A DNA stretch of 60,175 nucleotides from NCBI GenBank assembly GCA_045403135.1, contig JAXIPC010000004.1, forward strand, positions 1-60,175. The letters run 5' to 3'. The stretch comes from Gemmatimonadales bacterium. Its GTDB lineage: Bacteria > Gemmatimonadota > Gemmatimonadetes > Gemmatimonadales > GWC2-71-9. Below the pieces are notes generated by a model, which was not told the DNA's origin, ran no database searches, and was given only the letters and a program-made list of their open reading frames with translations. Below, one piece after another: positions 48,891 through 59,816 of this stretch; the first letter of the stretch is position 1, and every line of letters starts with the position of its first letter. Made by a program: the position numbers and the translations under genes.

Positions 48891-50443
48891 CGGCGAACCG
48901 CCGGGGTCGGTTCCGTGGCGCTCTGGTACTGGAGCGGTCCCCGGATCGATTCGACGAAGCGGATCGCGGCCGGCTCGATCTTCCGGAGCACCGGCGCGGG
49001 ATAGAGCCCCATCCACAGGATACCAGCCAAGAGCGGCACCATGACAACGAGCTCCCGCAACGAGAGATCGGTGAGGGATTCGTTCTCCCGCTGGTCGAGC
49101 TTGTGGTAGATGATCCGTTGCAGGGCCCAGAGCAGGTACGCCGCGGCGAAGATGACCCCCGTCGTGGCGATGGCGGTGGCCACCGGGTGCGGACGGAAGC
49201 TGCCAAGCAGCACCAGGAATTCGCCGATGAACCCGTTGAGGCCCGGCAGGCCGATCGAGGAGAGCGCCACCACAGTGAAGATCAGGCTGAACACCGGCAC
49301 CACCTTGGCGATGCCCCCGTAGGCCGCGATGTCTCGCGTATGGCGTCGCTCGTACAGCATGCCGACCAGGAAGAAGAGCGCGCCGGTCGAGAGGCCATGG
49401 CCGATCATCACCATCACCGCGCCCTGGAGACTTTGGACCGTGGCAGCCCAGATACCGAGCATCACGAACCCGAGATGGCTGACCGAGGAATACGCCACCA
49501 GCTTCTTGATGTCCGGCTGGACCATGGCGACCAGCGCGCCATACACGATGCCGATCAGGGCCAGGACCAGGATCAGATTGGTAACCCAGGGACTCATGGC
49601 GACCTGGGGGAAGAACGGGATCGCGAACCGGAGGAAGCCGTAGGTGCCAAGCTTGAGCAGGACACCGGCCAGCAGCACGCTGCCCGCCGTCGGCGCTTCC
49701 ACGTGCGCGTCGGGGAGCCAGGTGTGGAACGGGAACATCGGCACCTTGATCGCGAACGCCAGCGCAAAGGCGCCGAACAGCCAGGGCGCCAGGCTGCCCA
49801 CCGCATTGGAATTGTCGAGCAGGTGCTGGTAGGCAAAGGAAAGCGTTCCGGTGCGACCCGCCACGGCCCAGGCAAGCACCAGGATGGCCACCAGCATCAG
49901 CAGGGAGCCCGCCATCGTGAACACGAAGAACTTGATGGCCGCGTAAAGCCGGTTCTTGCCGCCCCACATCCCGATGATGAAATACATCGGGATCAGCATG
50001 ACTTCCCAGAAGACGTAGAAGAGGAACAGGTCGGTGGCCACGAACACGCCGAGCACGCCGGTCAGCAGGGTCAGCAGCATGGCGTAATAGCCGCGCTCCC
50101 GCTGGGTGATGTAATTCCAGCTCCCCAGCACGCAGAGGGGCATGAGCAGCGTGGTCAGGAGCACCATCGTGAGCGAGATCCCGTCGATCCCCACCGCGTA
50201 GCTGATTCCCCAGGCCGGGATCCAGGGCATGCTGCTGGTGAGCTGCAGGGTGCCGGGGTTGGTGTCCACCGCCCACCACAGCCCGACCGAGAGCAGAAAC
50301 TCGATGACGGTGATCACCAGCGCGGTGTGCTTGGCCAGCCGGGCAGGGCCCAGCAGCACCGGGATCGCGCCCACCAGCGGCAGCACCAGCAGCACGTGCA
50401 GAATCCAGCGATCGAACCCGATCGAGGCGAGGAGCTGGGTCAT
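48887..50443 (-). CDS. nuoM: NADH-quinone oxidoreductase subunit M
   Basis: ..FYVFWEVMLIPMYFIIG.., ..PFHTWLPDAHVEAPTAGSVLLAG.. Confidence 0.95.
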   Translation of the reverse strand: MTQLLASIGFDRWILHVLLVLPLVGAIPVLLGPARLAKHTALVITVIEFLLSVGLWWAVDTNPGTLQLTSSMPWIPAWGISYAVGIDGISLTMVLLTTLLMPLCVLGSWNYITQRERGYYAMLLTLLTGVLGVFVATDLFLFYVFWEVMLIPMYFIIGMWGGKNRLYAAIKFFVFTMAGSLLMLVAILVLAWAVAGRTGTLSFAYQHLLDNSNAVGSLAPWLFGAFALAFAIKVPMFPFHTWLPDAHVEAPTAGSVLLAGVLLKLGTYGFLRFAIPFFPQVAMSPWVTNLILVLALIGIVYGALVAMVQPDIKKLVAYSSVSHLGFVMLGIWAATVQSLQGAVMVMIGHGLSTGALFFLVGMLYERRHTRDIAAYGGIAKVVPVFSLIFTVVALSSIGLPGLNGFIGEFLVLLGSFRPHPVATAIATTGVIFAAAYLLWALQRIIYHKLDQRENESLTDLSLRELVVMVPLLAGILWMGLYPAPVLRKIEPAAIRFVESIRGPLQYQSATEPTPAVRR

Positions 50444-50449
50444 CGCCGC

Positions 50450-52474
50450 CTACCGGGCCACGGCGCGCAGCAGCCACACCGCGCCGATGAGGAAGACCAC
50501 GATGTAGAAACCGAGCTGGCCGGACTGCAACCGGCTTCCCAGCCATCCGAGCCCCCGGGCGAGCGCGGCTGAGCCATGGGCGCCGGCGCCGTCGATCAGC
50601 CCCTGGTCGACCCCCTTCCAGAGGACGAACCGGGAGATCGCCACCAGGGGCCTCACGATCAGCGCGTTGTAGATCTCGTCGATGTAGTACTTCCGGAAGA
50701 GCACCAGGGAAAGCCCGGTGTCCTGGGGCGCTTCCCGCGCCGGGAGGATCGGCCGGGCCAGGGTGAGCCGCCAGCCAAGCAGGAGGCCGGTGGCCGCGAC
50801 AGCCACCGCACCGCCGATCAGGAGCCACTCGGTCTGGCCGTGCGGCATGTGCAAGGGCATGACCCGGGCTGCTGTTTCCATCACCGGCTCGAGCCAGACG
50901 TCGAGCCCGTGATGGCCGGCGGCGAAGGACGGCAGGTTGATCAAGCCGCCCACGATGGTGAGCAGTCCGAGAACCACCAACGGGCCCGTCATGCTCCAGG
51001 GCGCCTCGCGCAGGTGCTCGCGCTCGGCGGCGCCGAGGCGGCTCTCGCCCAGGAACGTCATGGTCAGGAGCCGCATCATGTAGTACGCGGTCATAAGCGC
51101 GGCCAGCAGGCCCATCCCCCAGAACAGGAACCAGACCGGCTCGACGCTCCCCCGACCGAAGGCGGCGGCCAGGATCTCGTCCTTCGAGAAAAAGCCCGCG
51201 AGCGGCGGGATCCCCGTGATCGCCAGCGTGGCGATCAGCATCAGCGTAAAGGTCCAGGGCAACGCGCGGCGCAGACCGCCCATGTTGCGCATGTCCTGGG
51301 GATCTTCATGGGAATGCGTGGCGTGATAGGCACGGTGCATCGCGTGGATCACGCTGCCCGCCCCAAGGAACAGCAGCGCCTTGAAGAAGGCGTGGGTGAC
51401 CAGGTGGAAGACGCCGGCCACGTACGCACCGGTGCCAACCGCGAGGAACATGTAGCCGAGCTGGGAGACGGTGGAGTACGCCAGCACCCGCTTGATGTCG
51501 TACTGCCGGAGGCCGATCGATGCCGCGAAGAGAGCCGTGAACGCCCCCACGCCGGCCACGATCGCGCTGGAGACCGGCGCCAGGGCAAAGAGCGTGCTGG
51601 TGCGAGCCACCAAGTAGACGCCCGCCGTGACCATCGTGGCGGCGTGGATCAGGGCGGACACCGGCGTGGGCCCCGCCATCGCATCGGGAAGCCAGGTGTA
51701 GAGCGGGATTTGCGCCGACTTGCCGGTACAGCCCAGGAAGAGGAAGAGCGTGATCGCGGTGACCAGCCCGCCGCCTGCTACCAGGCGCTCGGGGGCCCGC
51801 TCGGCGATGGTGGCAAAATCCAGGGTCCGGAGCGACCACCAGATCAGGAACATCGCGATCAGCACGCCGAAATCGCCGATCCGGTTCATCAGGAAGGCCT
51901 TCTTGCCGGCGTCGGCATTGGCCTTGTCCTCGAACCAGAAGCCGATCAGCAGGTAGGAGCAGAGCCCCACCCCCTCCCAGCCGACGAACATCACCGGGAG
52001 GCTGGAGCCGAGCACCAGCACCAGCATGAAGACGATGAACAGATTGAGGTACGAGAAGTACCGGGCGTATCCCGGGTCGGCCCGCATGTAGCCGATGCTG
52101 AAGATATGGATCAGGCTGCCTACCCCGGTCACCACCAGCAGCATCACCGTGGAGAGCTGGTCCACCTGCAGGGAGAATCGGAGGTCGAGCCCGCCGGACG
52201 GGATCCAGCGCCAGAGCTCGACGATCACCGGGGCCTCCGGTGGGCTTCCCCGAAGCTGCACGAATATCGCGGCGGCCACGACGAACGCGGCGATGAGCAC
52301 GCCGGCGCCGATCGCCGAGACGGCGGCCTTGGCTCGGGGCCGGCGGAGCGCCAGCGCGCCGTTCACCAGAAAGCCGACGAGCGGCAGGGCGACCGTGAGC
52401 CACACCCACGAGACGGCCCCCTCCGCCGCGGAAGCGCTCGAAGGCCCGCCCTCTTGCATCAGGGAAAGCGCCAT
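50450..52474 (-). CDS. nuoL: NADH-quinone oxidoreductase subunit L
   Basis: ..FVGWEGVGLCSYLLIGFW.., ..LYTWLPDAMAGPTPVSALIHAATMVTAG.. Confidence 0.95.
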   Translation of the reverse strand: MALSLMQEGGPSSASAAEGAVSWVWLTVALPLVGFLVNGALALRRPRAKAAVSAIGAGVLIAAFVVAAAIFVQLRGSPPEAPVIVELWRWIPSGGLDLRFSLQVDQLSTVMLLVVTGVGSLIHIFSIGYMRADPGYARYFSYLNLFIVFMLVLVLGSSLPVMFVGWEGVGLCSYLLIGFWFEDKANADAGKKAFLMNRIGDFGVLIAMFLIWWSLRTLDFATIAERAPERLVAGGGLVTAITLFLFLGCTGKSAQIPLYTWLPDAMAGPTPVSALIHAATMVTAGVYLVARTSTLFALAPVSSAIVAGVGAFTALFAASIGLRQYDIKRVLAYSTVSQLGYMFLAVGTGAYVAGVFHLVTHAFFKALLFLGAGSVIHAMHRAYHATHSHEDPQDMRNMGGLRRALPWTFTLMLIATLAITGIPPLAGFFSKDEILAAAFGRGSVEPVWFLFWGMGLLAALMTAYYMMRLLTMTFLGESRLGAAEREHLREAPWSMTGPLVVLGLLTIVGGLINLPSFAAGHHGLDVWLEPVMETAARVMPLHMPHGQTEWLLIGGAVAVAATGLLLGWRLTLARPILPAREAPQDTGLSLVLFRKYYIDEIYNALIVRPLVAISRFVLWKGVDQGLIDGAGAHGSAALARGLGWLGSRLQSGQLGFYIVVFLIGAVWLLRAVAR

Positions 52475-52770
52475 CAGCCCTGGAGCAGGTTGATGTTCTT
52501 GAGATCCACCGACCGCGTGTGGCGGAAGACGGCGAGAATGATGGCGAGCCCCACGGCCGCTTCAGCCGCGGCGACGGTCATGACGAAGAAGACGATCACC
52601 TGGCCACCCAGACCCAGTACCTGCGCGAACGCCACGAAGCTCAGGTTCACCGCGTTGAGCATGAGCTCGACGCACATGAAGAGCACGATGGCGTTGCGCC
52701 GGAGCAGCACCCCGACCACGCCGATCGTGAACAGCACCGCGGAGAGCATCAGCGCCGGACCCAGGAGCAT
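52474..52770 (-). CDS. nuoK: NADH-quinone oxidoreductase subunit K
   Basis: 98 aa, 3 TM, ..[24 protein letters not shown].. Confidence 0.9.
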   Translation of the reverse strand: MLLGPALMLSAVLFTIGVVGVLLRRNAIVLFMCVELMLNAVNLSFVAFAQVLGLGGQVIVFFVMTVAAAEAAVGLAIILAVFRHTRSVDLKNINLLQG

Positions 52771-52772
52771 GG

Positions 52773-53333
52773 TTAGAGCTTCCGCTTGGCCAGCACGACG
52801 GCGCCGACCGCCGCCGCGAGCAGCAGGATGGAGGTGATCTCGAACGGCACCAGGTAGGCCCGGAACAGCGGCTCGGCGATGGCGCCCACCACACCCTGTG
52901 CCACCGGGGCCGTGACGGCGGTCTGCCCCGCGGGGAAGGCGGCCATGGGGCTGCCCGCGCCGGCCGACGATCCCGCCAGCACCGCCATCCCGCCCGGGGT
53001 GACCCGGCTCACGAAGAACAACTGGGCCAGCAGCGCGCCGCCCACCAGCACGGCTACGAACCGGACCGGGGCCCCCCGCAGATCGGACGCGCCCCGTCCC
53101 ACATTGAGCAGCATGATCACGAACAGGAAGAGCACCATCACCGCACCGGCATACACCAGCACCTGGATCGCGGCGATGAACTGGGCGTTGAGCAGCACGT
53201 AGATCCCGGCCAGCGAGAACATCGTGGACACCAGCCAGAGCGCCGACGCGATGATGTTCCGCTGGGTGATGCACAGGAGCGCCGAGACCGCGGCAAACCC
53301 GGCCAACAGGTAGAACACCGCTTCGGCGCTCAT
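52773..53333 (-). CDS. nuoJ: NADH-quinone oxidoreductase subunit J
   Basis: ..[45 protein letters not shown].. Confidence 0.9.
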   Translation of the reverse strand: MSAEAVFYLLAGFAAVSALLCITQRNIIASALWLVSTMFSLAGIYVLLNAQFIAAIQVLVYAGAVMVLFLFVIMLLNVGRGASDLRGAPVRFVAVLVGGALLAQLFFVSRVTPGGMAVLAGSSAGAGSPMAAFPAGQTAVTAPVAQGVVGAIAEPLFRAYLVPFEITSILLLAAAVGAVVLAKRKL

Positions 53334-53334
53334 C

Positions 53335-53853
53335 TCACTCGCCCAGGGGGTCCGCCGGGTCCCACAGCGTGGAGACCGGGTGCTGTTGCGAGGAGAGTCG
53401 CTCGAGATCGTAGACGAACCGGTCTCGGCTGTACTCGGAATTCTCGAAATGCACCCCCACATGAATGGCTTCCTCGGGACAAACCTCCTGGCAGTAGCCG
53501 CAGAACACGCAGCGGAATTCGTCGATCTCGTAAATCAGCGGATAGCGGTTTCCCTCCTCGTCCTCGCCGGGCACCAGCTTGATGCAGTTGGCCGGGCAGA
53601 TCTGGGGACAGAGCCCGCAGGCCACACACTTGGTGCGCCCCTGCTCGTCCGAGAGCATGCGGTGGGTGCCGCGCCAGCGGGGGGAAATCGTATACTGCCC
53701 CCGCTCGTCACTGGTGCTCTTTTCCTCGGGATACTGCATCGTCACCTTCGGCTGGAACATGTGCTTGAAGGTGAGCGCCATGCCCTTGAGGGCCGCCCGG
53801 ACATAGCTGACCTGGCGTTCCGGGCGCTTCAGAACTTTGACGCCTATGCTCAT
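53335..53853 (-). CDS. nuoI: NADH-quinone oxidoreductase subunit I
   Basis: Two 4Fe-4S motifs: CVACGLCPQICP and CVFCGYCQEVCP. Confidence 0.95.
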   Translation of the reverse strand: MSIGVKVLKRPERQVSYVRAALKGMALTFKHMFQPKVTMQYPEEKSTSDERGQYTISPRWRGTHRMLSDEQGRTKCVACGLCPQICPANCIKLVPGEDEEGNRYPLIYEIDEFRCVFCGYCQEVCPEEAIHVGVHFENSEYSRDRFVYDLERLSSQQHPVSTLWDPADPLGE

Positions 53854-55098
53854 CTATACCGCCGGCCGGGCGCGACGGCCGCCCGCATCGAGATTGCTGG
53901 ACGCGCGATAGGAGCCCGACATGATGTGGCCGCGATCCATGAGGAAGAGCACCACGTAGCCGATGACCAGATTGAGCCCGAAGAGGATGAGCAGCTTGAC
54001 CCGAGGGTCGGTGACGCCGGCCATCTGCTCGATGACCCAGATGGCGACGGCGGTGACCATGATGTACACCAGCGCCAGCGGAAGCAGGACCTTCCAGCCC
54101 AGCGCCATCAGCTGGTCGTAGCGGAACCGGGGGAGGGTCCAGCGGATCCACATGAAGAAGAAGAGGAAGAACAGCACCTTGAGAAACATGACCAGGGCGG
54201 TGGCGAGCATGGCCAGCACCCCGCCGTTCTGATCCCAGGAAGTGAAGGGGATGTCCCAGCCGCCGAAGAACAGGGTCACCACCATGGCGGAAACCGTCGC
54301 CATGTTGGCGTACTCGGAGATGGGGAACATGGAGAACTTCATCGCGCTGTACTCGGTGTGATACCCGGCGATCAGCTCGGACTCGGCTTCCGGCAGGTCG
54401 AAGGGGAGCCGGTTGGTCTCGGCGAACCCGGCGATAAGGAAGATGAAGAACGATAGGAACAACGGGAGCACGAACCACAGTCCCTGCTGTTGATTCTGAA
54501 TGATTTGTTGAAAAGTGACATTACCGGTGAGCAGGAGAACCGGGATCAGACTCATCCCCATCGCCACCTCATAGCTCACCATCTGGGCGCTGGACCGGAG
54601 GCCGCCCAGGAGGGAGTACTTGTTGTTCGAGGCCCACCCCGCCAAGGCAATGCCGTAGACCCCGAGCGAGCTGATGGCCAGGACGAACAGGAAGCCCACG
54701 GGAAGGTCCGTCAGGGCCATGGTGAGCGAACCGTGGTAGCTCACGGCGCCGAGCAGCGGCAGGTTGGCGTCCCAGTTCACCGTGAGGGGCGCGGCCCACG
54801 GAATCACCGCCGAGAGCAGCAGCGCGGGAATGAACGCCATGGCCGGCGCCAGCGTGAAAATCCCCAGGTTGGCCTCGCCGGGGAACGTCTCCTCTTTCAC
54901 AAAGTTTTTGACGCCGTCGGCGGCCGGCTGCAGCAGCCCGGCCCAGCCCACCCGATTGGGGCCACGCCGGTTCTGCATCCACGCGCTGACCTTCCGCTCC
55001 ATGAGCGTCAGCAGCGCCACGCCGACCATGACGATCGTGAAGATCACCAGCATTTTGATGACGCTGAAAAACAGGAAGCCCTTATAGGCGGCGGTCAC
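53854..55098 (-). CDS. nuoH: NADH-quinone oxidoreductase subunit H
   Basis: ..LMERKVSAWMQNRRGPNRVG..LLQPAADGVK.., ..PFDLPEAESELIAGYHTEYS... GTG 55098 overlaps the nuoG stop. Confidence 0.95.
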   Translation of the reverse strand: MTAAYKGFLFFSVIKMLVIFTIVMVGVALLTLMERKVSAWMQNRRGPNRVGWAGLLQPAADGVKNFVKEETFPGEANLGIFTLAPAMAFIPALLLSAVIPWAAPLTVNWDANLPLLGAVSYHGSLTMALTDLPVGFLFVLAISSLGVYGIALAGWASNNKYSLLGGLRSSAQMVSYEVAMGMSLIPVLLLTGNVTFQQIIQNQQQGLWFVLPLFLSFFIFLIAGFAETNRLPFDLPEAESELIAGYHTEYSAMKFSMFPISEYANMATVSAMVVTLFFGGWDIPFTSWDQNGGVLAMLATALVMFLKVLFFLFFFMWIRWTLPRFRYDQLMALGWKVLLPLALVYIMVTAVAIWVIEQMAGVTDPRVKLLILFGLNLVIGYVVLFLMDRGHIMSGSYRASSNLDAGGRRARPAV

Positions 55099-56705
55099 CG
55101 CGCAGCCCCCTGCCCTGCTGGCCTCAGGGGGGCGGCGCTCGGCTCCAGCACCCGCCCGGTAAGGCCCAGCTCGGCGTAGGTCAGCCCGCCCAGGGCGGGA
55201 ATCACCTCCGACAGCCGGGCAAAGGCCTCGGCGGCGGTCACCGGCGCTGCCTGCCCAGCCCCGTTTTCCGCCCAAGCGTGCGAGGCGACCCACCAGGCGG
55301 GCCGAGCCATTCCCGGTGCCGCCTTGGCCTCCATGTAGCGCTGGACTCGCGCGTCGCGGTTGACGTAGGTCCCGTTCTCTTCCGCCATGGTGGTCACCGG
55401 CAGCAGGAGGGCGGCACCCTTGAGCCGCTCGTCGTCCACGCTGGAGAGCGCTACCACGGTGCCCGCGGCAGCCAGCCGAGTCGCCTCCGGCTCATCCAGA
55501 TCGGCATCGAGGACGATCACGAGTCCGGCACCCTCGACGTTTGCCAGCGCATCCCGCCAGGACGCCGAGTAACCCGCCAGCCGGGCGCCCTCGACATTGG
55601 GCGCCCGCTCCTTCCGGAGCGACAGGTTCGGAACCCCCGACAGAGCGGCCTCGCTTCCTTCGGGCACCTTGATGGCCGCGGTAACCTCCCGCCCTTCGAC
55701 CAGCCGCCGAACCCACGCCAGCGACTCCAGCGACGCGCGCCCCGAGGCCAGCAGCACGACCCGGCCTTTGCCGGCCTTGGCGAGCTGCGCCAAGCGCGGC
55801 AGCGCGGTCTCCCAGTCGGACGGCACCAGCCGCTGACCATCCCGCACTAGGGGGACCTCCACCCGGTCGCCCCGATTCATCCACCGATAGTCCGCTCGGC
55901 CGGTGTCACACATGAAATGCCGGTTCACGTCGAGGTTCGGGCGCGGGCGCAGCCGGACCACCACGTCGTCCCGGGTATCGATCATGATGTTGCAGCCCTG
56001 GGTACAACCGGGACAGACGCTCGCGGTCTTGTCGAGATCCCAGGCGCGCGCCTTGTGCAGGAAGTCCTTGGAGATGAGCGATCCCACCGGGCAGAGATCC
56101 ACCACGTTGCCGGCCCAGGCATGATCGAGCTGGTGGCCCGGGTCGATCCCGATGTAGGCGCGGTCTCCGCGTTCCGAGACGTTCAGCACCGGCGTTTCGG
56201 CCACGTCCTCCATGAAGCGCACGCACCGGGTGCAGAGGATGCACCGGTTCGGCACGTAGAGCACGTCGGGACCGAAATCCTCGACCGGGTTGAAGCGCTT
56301 GGCGTAGTCGGCGTACCGGGTGCCGGCACGGCCTTCCTGGAACACGTAGTCCTGCAGCTCGCATTCCCCCGCCTGATCGCAGATGGGACAATCGAGCGGG
56401 TGGTTGATCAGGAGGAACTCCAGCACGCTCTCCCGGGCCTTCAGCGCCGACTCGCTCATCACCTTCACCACCTGGCCGGGAGCCACGGTGGTGACGCACG
56501 CCGGCATGAGCTTGGGCGCCTTCTCCACTTCCACGAGGCACATCCGGCATACCGCCGGTGACGGGAGCGACGGGTGATAGCAGTAGTGCGGCACCAGCAC
56601 GCCGGCTTGCTTGGCGGCCTCGATGATGGTCGTGCCCTTGGGCACCCTCACTGGGACACCGTCGATGGTGACGTTCACCAGGGTCCCGCTTTCTGGTTGC
56701 GTCAT
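55095..56705 (-). CDS. nuoG: NADH-quinone oxidoreductase subunit G (short form, 536 aa)
   Basis: 2Fe-2S ..CYHPSLPSPAVCRMCLVEV.., ..HPLDCPICDQAGECELQD.., ..CILCTRCVRF... ATGA overlap with nuoF. Confidence 0.9.
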   Translation of the reverse strand: MTQPESGTLVNVTIDGVPVRVPKGTTIIEAAKQAGVLVPHYCYHPSLPSPAVCRMCLVEVEKAPKLMPACVTTVAPGQVVKVMSESALKARESVLEFLLINHPLDCPICDQAGECELQDYVFQEGRAGTRYADYAKRFNPVEDFGPDVLYVPNRCILCTRCVRFMEDVAETPVLNVSERGDRAYIGIDPGHQLDHAWAGNVVDLCPVGSLISKDFLHKARAWDLDKTASVCPGCTQGCNIMIDTRDDVVVRLRPRPNLDVNRHFMCDTGRADYRWMNRGDRVEVPLVRDGQRLVPSDWETALPRLAQLAKAGKGRVVLLASGRASLESLAWVRRLVEGREVTAAIKVPEGSEAALSGVPNLSLRKERAPNVEGARLAGYSASWRDALANVEGAGLVIVLDADLDEPEATRLAAAGTVVALSSVDDERLKGAALLLPVTTMAEENGTYVNRDARVQRYMEAKAAPGMARPAWWVASHAWAENGAGQAAPVTAAEAFARLSEVIPALGGLTYAELGLTGRVLEPSAAPLRPAGQGAAR

Positions 56706-58009
56706 ACCGCCGCCAGCGCGGGCGCTTTGGCCCGGTTGAGATACGCGTCGAACTCCCCGCGGAATTTCTGGATCCCGCTCACGATGGGGGCGGCGCAGCT
56801 GTCGGAGAGCACGCAGATGGTCTTGCCGGTCATCTGCTCGGAGAGATCGAGCAACAGCGCCAGGTCCTCCTGCTTGCCCTGCCCCTTGAGGATGCGCTCG
56901 AGGATCTTGGTGGTCCACGCGGTGCCCTCCCGGCACTGGGTGCACTGGGCGCAGCTCTCGTGGGCGTAGAATTTGGCCAGCCGATACACCTCATAGACGA
57001 TGTCGGCCGAATCGTCCATGACGATGAAGCCGGCCGAGCCGAGCATCGACCCTTTTTCGACGATGCCCTCGTAGTCGCACAGGGCGCTCTCCGACTCCTC
57101 CCGGTTCATCAGCGGCACCGATGACCCGCCGGGAATGACCGCCTTGAGGGTCCGGCCCGGACGCATGCCACCGGCCAGGTCGTAGATGAGATCCTTCATC
57201 GGGAATCCCATCGTGACCTCGAAGTTGCCCGGCTTCATGACGTGGCCGCAGACCGAGAACAGCTTGGTGCCGGTGCTCTTGGGGTTGCCGAGACAGAGCG
57301 CCTTGTACCAGGCGGCGCCGCGGGTCAGGACGGGCGGCACCGCGGCGAGGGTCTCGACGTTGTTGATCGTGGTCGGCATGCCGAAGACGCCTGCGGCCGC
57401 CGGGAAGGGCGGCTTGATCCGCGGATTGCCCCGCTTGCCCTCGATCGAATTCATCAGGGCGGTCTCTTCGCCGCAGATGTAGGCGCCCGCACCGCGGAAG
57501 AGCACCATGTCGATCCGCTTGCCCGAACCCATGGCGTTGGCCCCCACGGTCCCGGCGGCGTACGCCTCGGCGACCGCCTGCTCCATCACCTCATATGGAT
57601 CGGTGAACTCGCCCCGGATGTAGATGTAGCAGGTCTCGGCGCCGATGGCGTGGCAGGCGATGGCGCAGCCCTCGATCAGCGCGTGGGGCGTCCACCGCAT
57701 GATCTCGCGGTCCTTGAAGGTGCCGGGCTCCGACTCGTCGGCGTTGCAGCAGAGATAGTGGGGCTTGCCATCCCCCTTGGGCATGAAGCTCCACTTGAGG
57801 CCGGTTGGAAACCCCGCCCCGCCGCGGCCCCGGAGCCCCGACGCCTTGATCTCCTCGATGATGGCCTCGGGTGTCATGCCGAGCGCCTTTTTCAAGCCCT
57901 CGTACCCGCCCCGCTCCACCCAACCCTTATGGGTGCGCGCGGCGGCGTCCCCGAAGTACTTGGAGAGGACGACCGTTTCCTTCGGATGGGACGGATGCGG
58001 GTAGCCCAT
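56702..58009 (-). CDS. nuoF: NADH-quinone oxidoreductase subunit F
   Basis: ..GLRGRGGAGFPTGLKW.., ..ESCAQCTQCREG.. Confidence 0.95.
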   Translation of the reverse strand: MGYPHPSHPKETVVLSKYFGDAAARTHKGWVERGGYEGLKKALGMTPEAIIEEIKASGLRGRGGAGFPTGLKWSFMPKGDGKPHYLCCNADESEPGTFKDREIMRWTPHALIEGCAIACHAIGAETCYIYIRGEFTDPYEVMEQAVAEAYAAGTVGANAMGSGKRIDMVLFRGAGAYICGEETALMNSIEGKRGNPRIKPPFPAAAGVFGMPTTINNVETLAAVPPVLTRGAAWYKALCLGNPKSTGTKLFSVCGHVMKPGNFEVTMGFPMKDLIYDLAGGMRPGRTLKAVIPGGSSVPLMNREESESALCDYEGIVEKGSMLGSAGFIVMDDSADIVYEVYRLAKFYAHESCAQCTQCREGTAWTTKILERILKGQGKQEDLALLLDLSEQMTGKTICVLSDSCAAPIVSGIQKFRGEFDAYLNRAKAPALAAV

Positions 58010-58530
58010 TACTTGTACCCCGCCAGAATGCCGGGCACGCGCTCCGGGCTCGCGCTCTCGATGAAGTCGTTATCCACCATGATGGGAGTGGCGAAGCCGC
58101 AGGCGCCAAGGCATTCCACCTCGATGACGGTGAAGCGCCCATCAGCGCTGGTGGCGCCCAGCTCGCCGCAGCCGGTTTCCTTGAGCAGCGCCTTCACCAC
58201 CTCATCCGACCCGCACAGGTGGCATGGCGACGTGGTGCAGACCTGGATGAAATGCCGGCCCACCGGATGGGTGTGATACATGGTGTAGAATGTGACCACG
58301 CCGCGGACATAGGCCGGCGTCAAACCAAGCACCTCGCCCACTTCGGCCATTGCGGCGGGAGAGATCCATCCCCGTTCCTCCTGGATGATCCAGAGCGCGG
58401 GGAGCAGGCAGGCCTGGCGAGTCGGGAATTTCGGGAACAGCGCCTCCAGCTGCTGCAGGGCTTTCCCAGTGAAGACCGGTTGGTGCACCTCATCGCTGGC
58501 GGCCGGAGCGGCGCCGTGGGCGGCGCTCAT
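58009..58530 (-). CDS. nuoE: NADH-quinone oxidoreductase subunit E
   Basis: ..IQVCTTSPCHLCG.., ..EVECLGACGFAP-like... ATG 58530 overlaps the nuoD stop. Confidence 0.9.
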   Translation of the reverse strand: MSAAHGAAPAASDEVHQPVFTGKALQQLEALFPKFPTRQACLLPALWIIQEERGWISPAAMAEVGEVLGLTPAYVRGVVTFYTMYHTHPVGRHFIQVCTTSPCHLCGSDEVVKALLKETGCGELGATSADGRFTVIEVECLGACGFATPIMVDNDFIESASPERVPGILAGYK

Positions 58531-59816
58531 CGGTCGATTTCTCCCATGACGATGTCCACGCTGGCGTTGATGGCGATGACGTCGGACAGCAGGGCGCCCT
58601 CGCAGAGCTTGGGAAGGCAGGCGAGGTTGATGAACGACGGCGGCCGGATCCGCCACCGCACCGGCTTGGCGGTGCCGTCGGCCACCAGATACGTACCGAG
58701 CTCCCCTTTGGGGTTCTCGATCCCCATGTAGGCTTCGCCGGCGGGAGCGGGGACGCCTTCCATCACCTGCTTGAAGTGAAAGATCATCGCCTCCATGTCG
58801 CTCATGGCCCGCGACTTGGACGGGAGAATAACCTTGGGGTCGGAGACATTGATCGGAGCGCCCTTGAGGGCGGGCAGTCGGTCGAGGGCCTGGTCCAGAA
58901 TCCGGGTCGACTGATACATCTCCTCGAGCCGCACCCGATAGCGGTCGTAGATATCGCCGTGCTCTCCCACCGGAACGTCGAAGTTGTACGTGTCGTAGCC
59001 GAGGTAGGGGCGGTCTTTCCGAACGTCATAGTCGACGCCGCTGGCCCGGAGCATCGGCCCGGAGAGCGAATAGTTGATGGCTTCGTCCCGGCCGATGACG
59101 CCGACCCCCTGGGTTCGCCCGCACCAGATGGCGTTCCGGGTAAAGACCGTGTCGACTTCGTCGAGAGTCTTCGGGAAGGTGCGGCAGAAGTCCCGAAGCA
59201 TTGCCTCGAACCCGTCGGGGAGGTCTGCCATCATACCGCCCACCCGGGTGACGCTGGTGGTGAGCCGGGCCCCGGTCCACGCCTCCTGCAGGTTATAGAT
59301 CCGTTCCCGCTCGTAGAACGTCCACAGGAAGGGCGTGTACGCGCCGAGATCGATGCCCGTCGTGCCGAGCCACACCAGATGCGAGATGATCCGGCTCATT
59401 TCGCACGCAATGACCCGGAGCACCGCGCAGCGCGCAGTGATCTCGATCCCCATCAGCTTCTCGGCGCCCAGCGCGAAGCCGACGTTGTTGGCCATCGGCG
59501 ACAGGTAGTCGGTGCGGTCGGTGAGCGGAATGATCTGGTTGTAGTGGCGGTACTCGCCCAGCTTCTCGAAGCCGGAGTGCAGGTAGCCGATGTGGGGAAT
59601 GCAGCGGATGACCGTCTCCCCCTCGAGCTCGAGCACCAGCCGGAGGACGCCGTGGGTCGCGGGGTGCTGGGGACCGATGTTGACCAGCATCGGCTCGGCG
59701 CCGAACTCATCGTTGGGATCACCCCGGCCGGCCGCGCCCAGCGGAACCCGGGTGGGGCGGCCCTGCGCGTCGAGCGAAGGGGTGCTGAGCGCCATCTCGA
59801 GGGTGCGGGGGGTCAT
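58527..59816 (-). CDS. nuoD: NADH-quinone oxidoreductase subunit D
   Basis: ..[15 protein letters not shown].., ..[11 protein letters not shown].., C-terminal ..DIVMGEIDR. Confidence 0.95.
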   Translation of the reverse strand: MTPRTLEMALSTPSLDAQGRPTRVPLGAAGRGDPNDEFGAEPMLVNIGPQHPATHGVLRLVLELEGETVIRCIPHIGYLHSGFEKLGEYRHYNQIIPLTDRTDYLSPMANNVGFALGAEKLMGIEITARCAVLRVIACEMSRIISHLVWLGTTGIDLGAYTPFLWTFYERERIYNLQEAWTGARLTTSVTRVGGMMADLPDGFEAMLRDFCRTFPKTLDEVDTVFTRNAIWCGRTQGVGVIGRDEAINYSLSGPMLRASGVDYDVRKDRPYLGYDTYNFDVPVGEHGDIYDRYRVRLEEMYQSTRILDQALDRLPALKGAPINVSDPKVILPSKSRAMSDMEAMIFHFKQVMEGVPAPAGEAYMGIENPKGELGTYLVADGTAKPVRWRIRPPSFINLACLPKLCEGALLSDVIAINASVDIVMGEIDR

